Positions 63,996-64,000 of a stretch of 64,000 nt of DNA are shown here, piece after piece. Below the pieces are notes generated by a model. That model was given only the letters and a program-made list of their open reading frames with translations. It made no database searches and was not told the origin of the DNA. The position numbers were made by a program, and so were the translations under genes. The DNA comes from Chromera velia (lineage: Eukaryota), in the NCBI GenBank assembly GCA_018398765.1, contig JAHBMJ010000333.1, forward strand, positions 62,001 through 126,000. The letters are read 5' to 3'. Each line of letters begins with the position of its first letter. Within the stretch, counting starts at the first letter, position 1.

Positions 63996-64000
63996 CCTCA

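Noticed and set aside
1..64000. tRNA/rRNA genes
   Set aside because: None recognised by eye. The only tRNA-like matches are the short PBS sequences; tRNAscan-SE or Infernal would be needed to exclude them.

Overview
Eukaryotic genomic DNA with many introns and microsatellites. The GT(C/G)AGTCAG-type donors, microsatellite-filled introns and gene content suggest a chromerid/apicomplexan-related alveolate such as Chromera; this is an inference, not a database match. Five spliced host genes are supported: a Tul1/FLY-type transmembrane RING-H2 E3 ligase (-), an SGNH/GDSL-like protein (+), a small secreted kinase-like protein (+), a long low-complexity hypothetical protein (-) and protein phosphatase 5 (+). 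Positions 1-28 kb, 38.3-47 kb and 50.2-51.3 kb are repeat islands. They hold a full-length but dead chromodomain Ty3/Gypsy element with LTRs, PBS and a perfect 5-bp TSD, nested TIR/foldback elements, a set of CTAG-bounded MITEs, tandem duplications, ~150-bp satellites and an ankyrin pseudogene. The main unexplained signal is that every repeated pair I compared (LTR pair, TIR arms, tandem copies) differs almost only by C>T/G>A transitions, at CpG and non-CpG sites, producing many CAR>TAR and TGG>TRR stops, while the neighbouring single-copy genes read through intact. This resembles a RIP-like or all-context methylation-deamination genome defence in a non-fungal lineage. All counts are by eye and exon boundaries are approximate.
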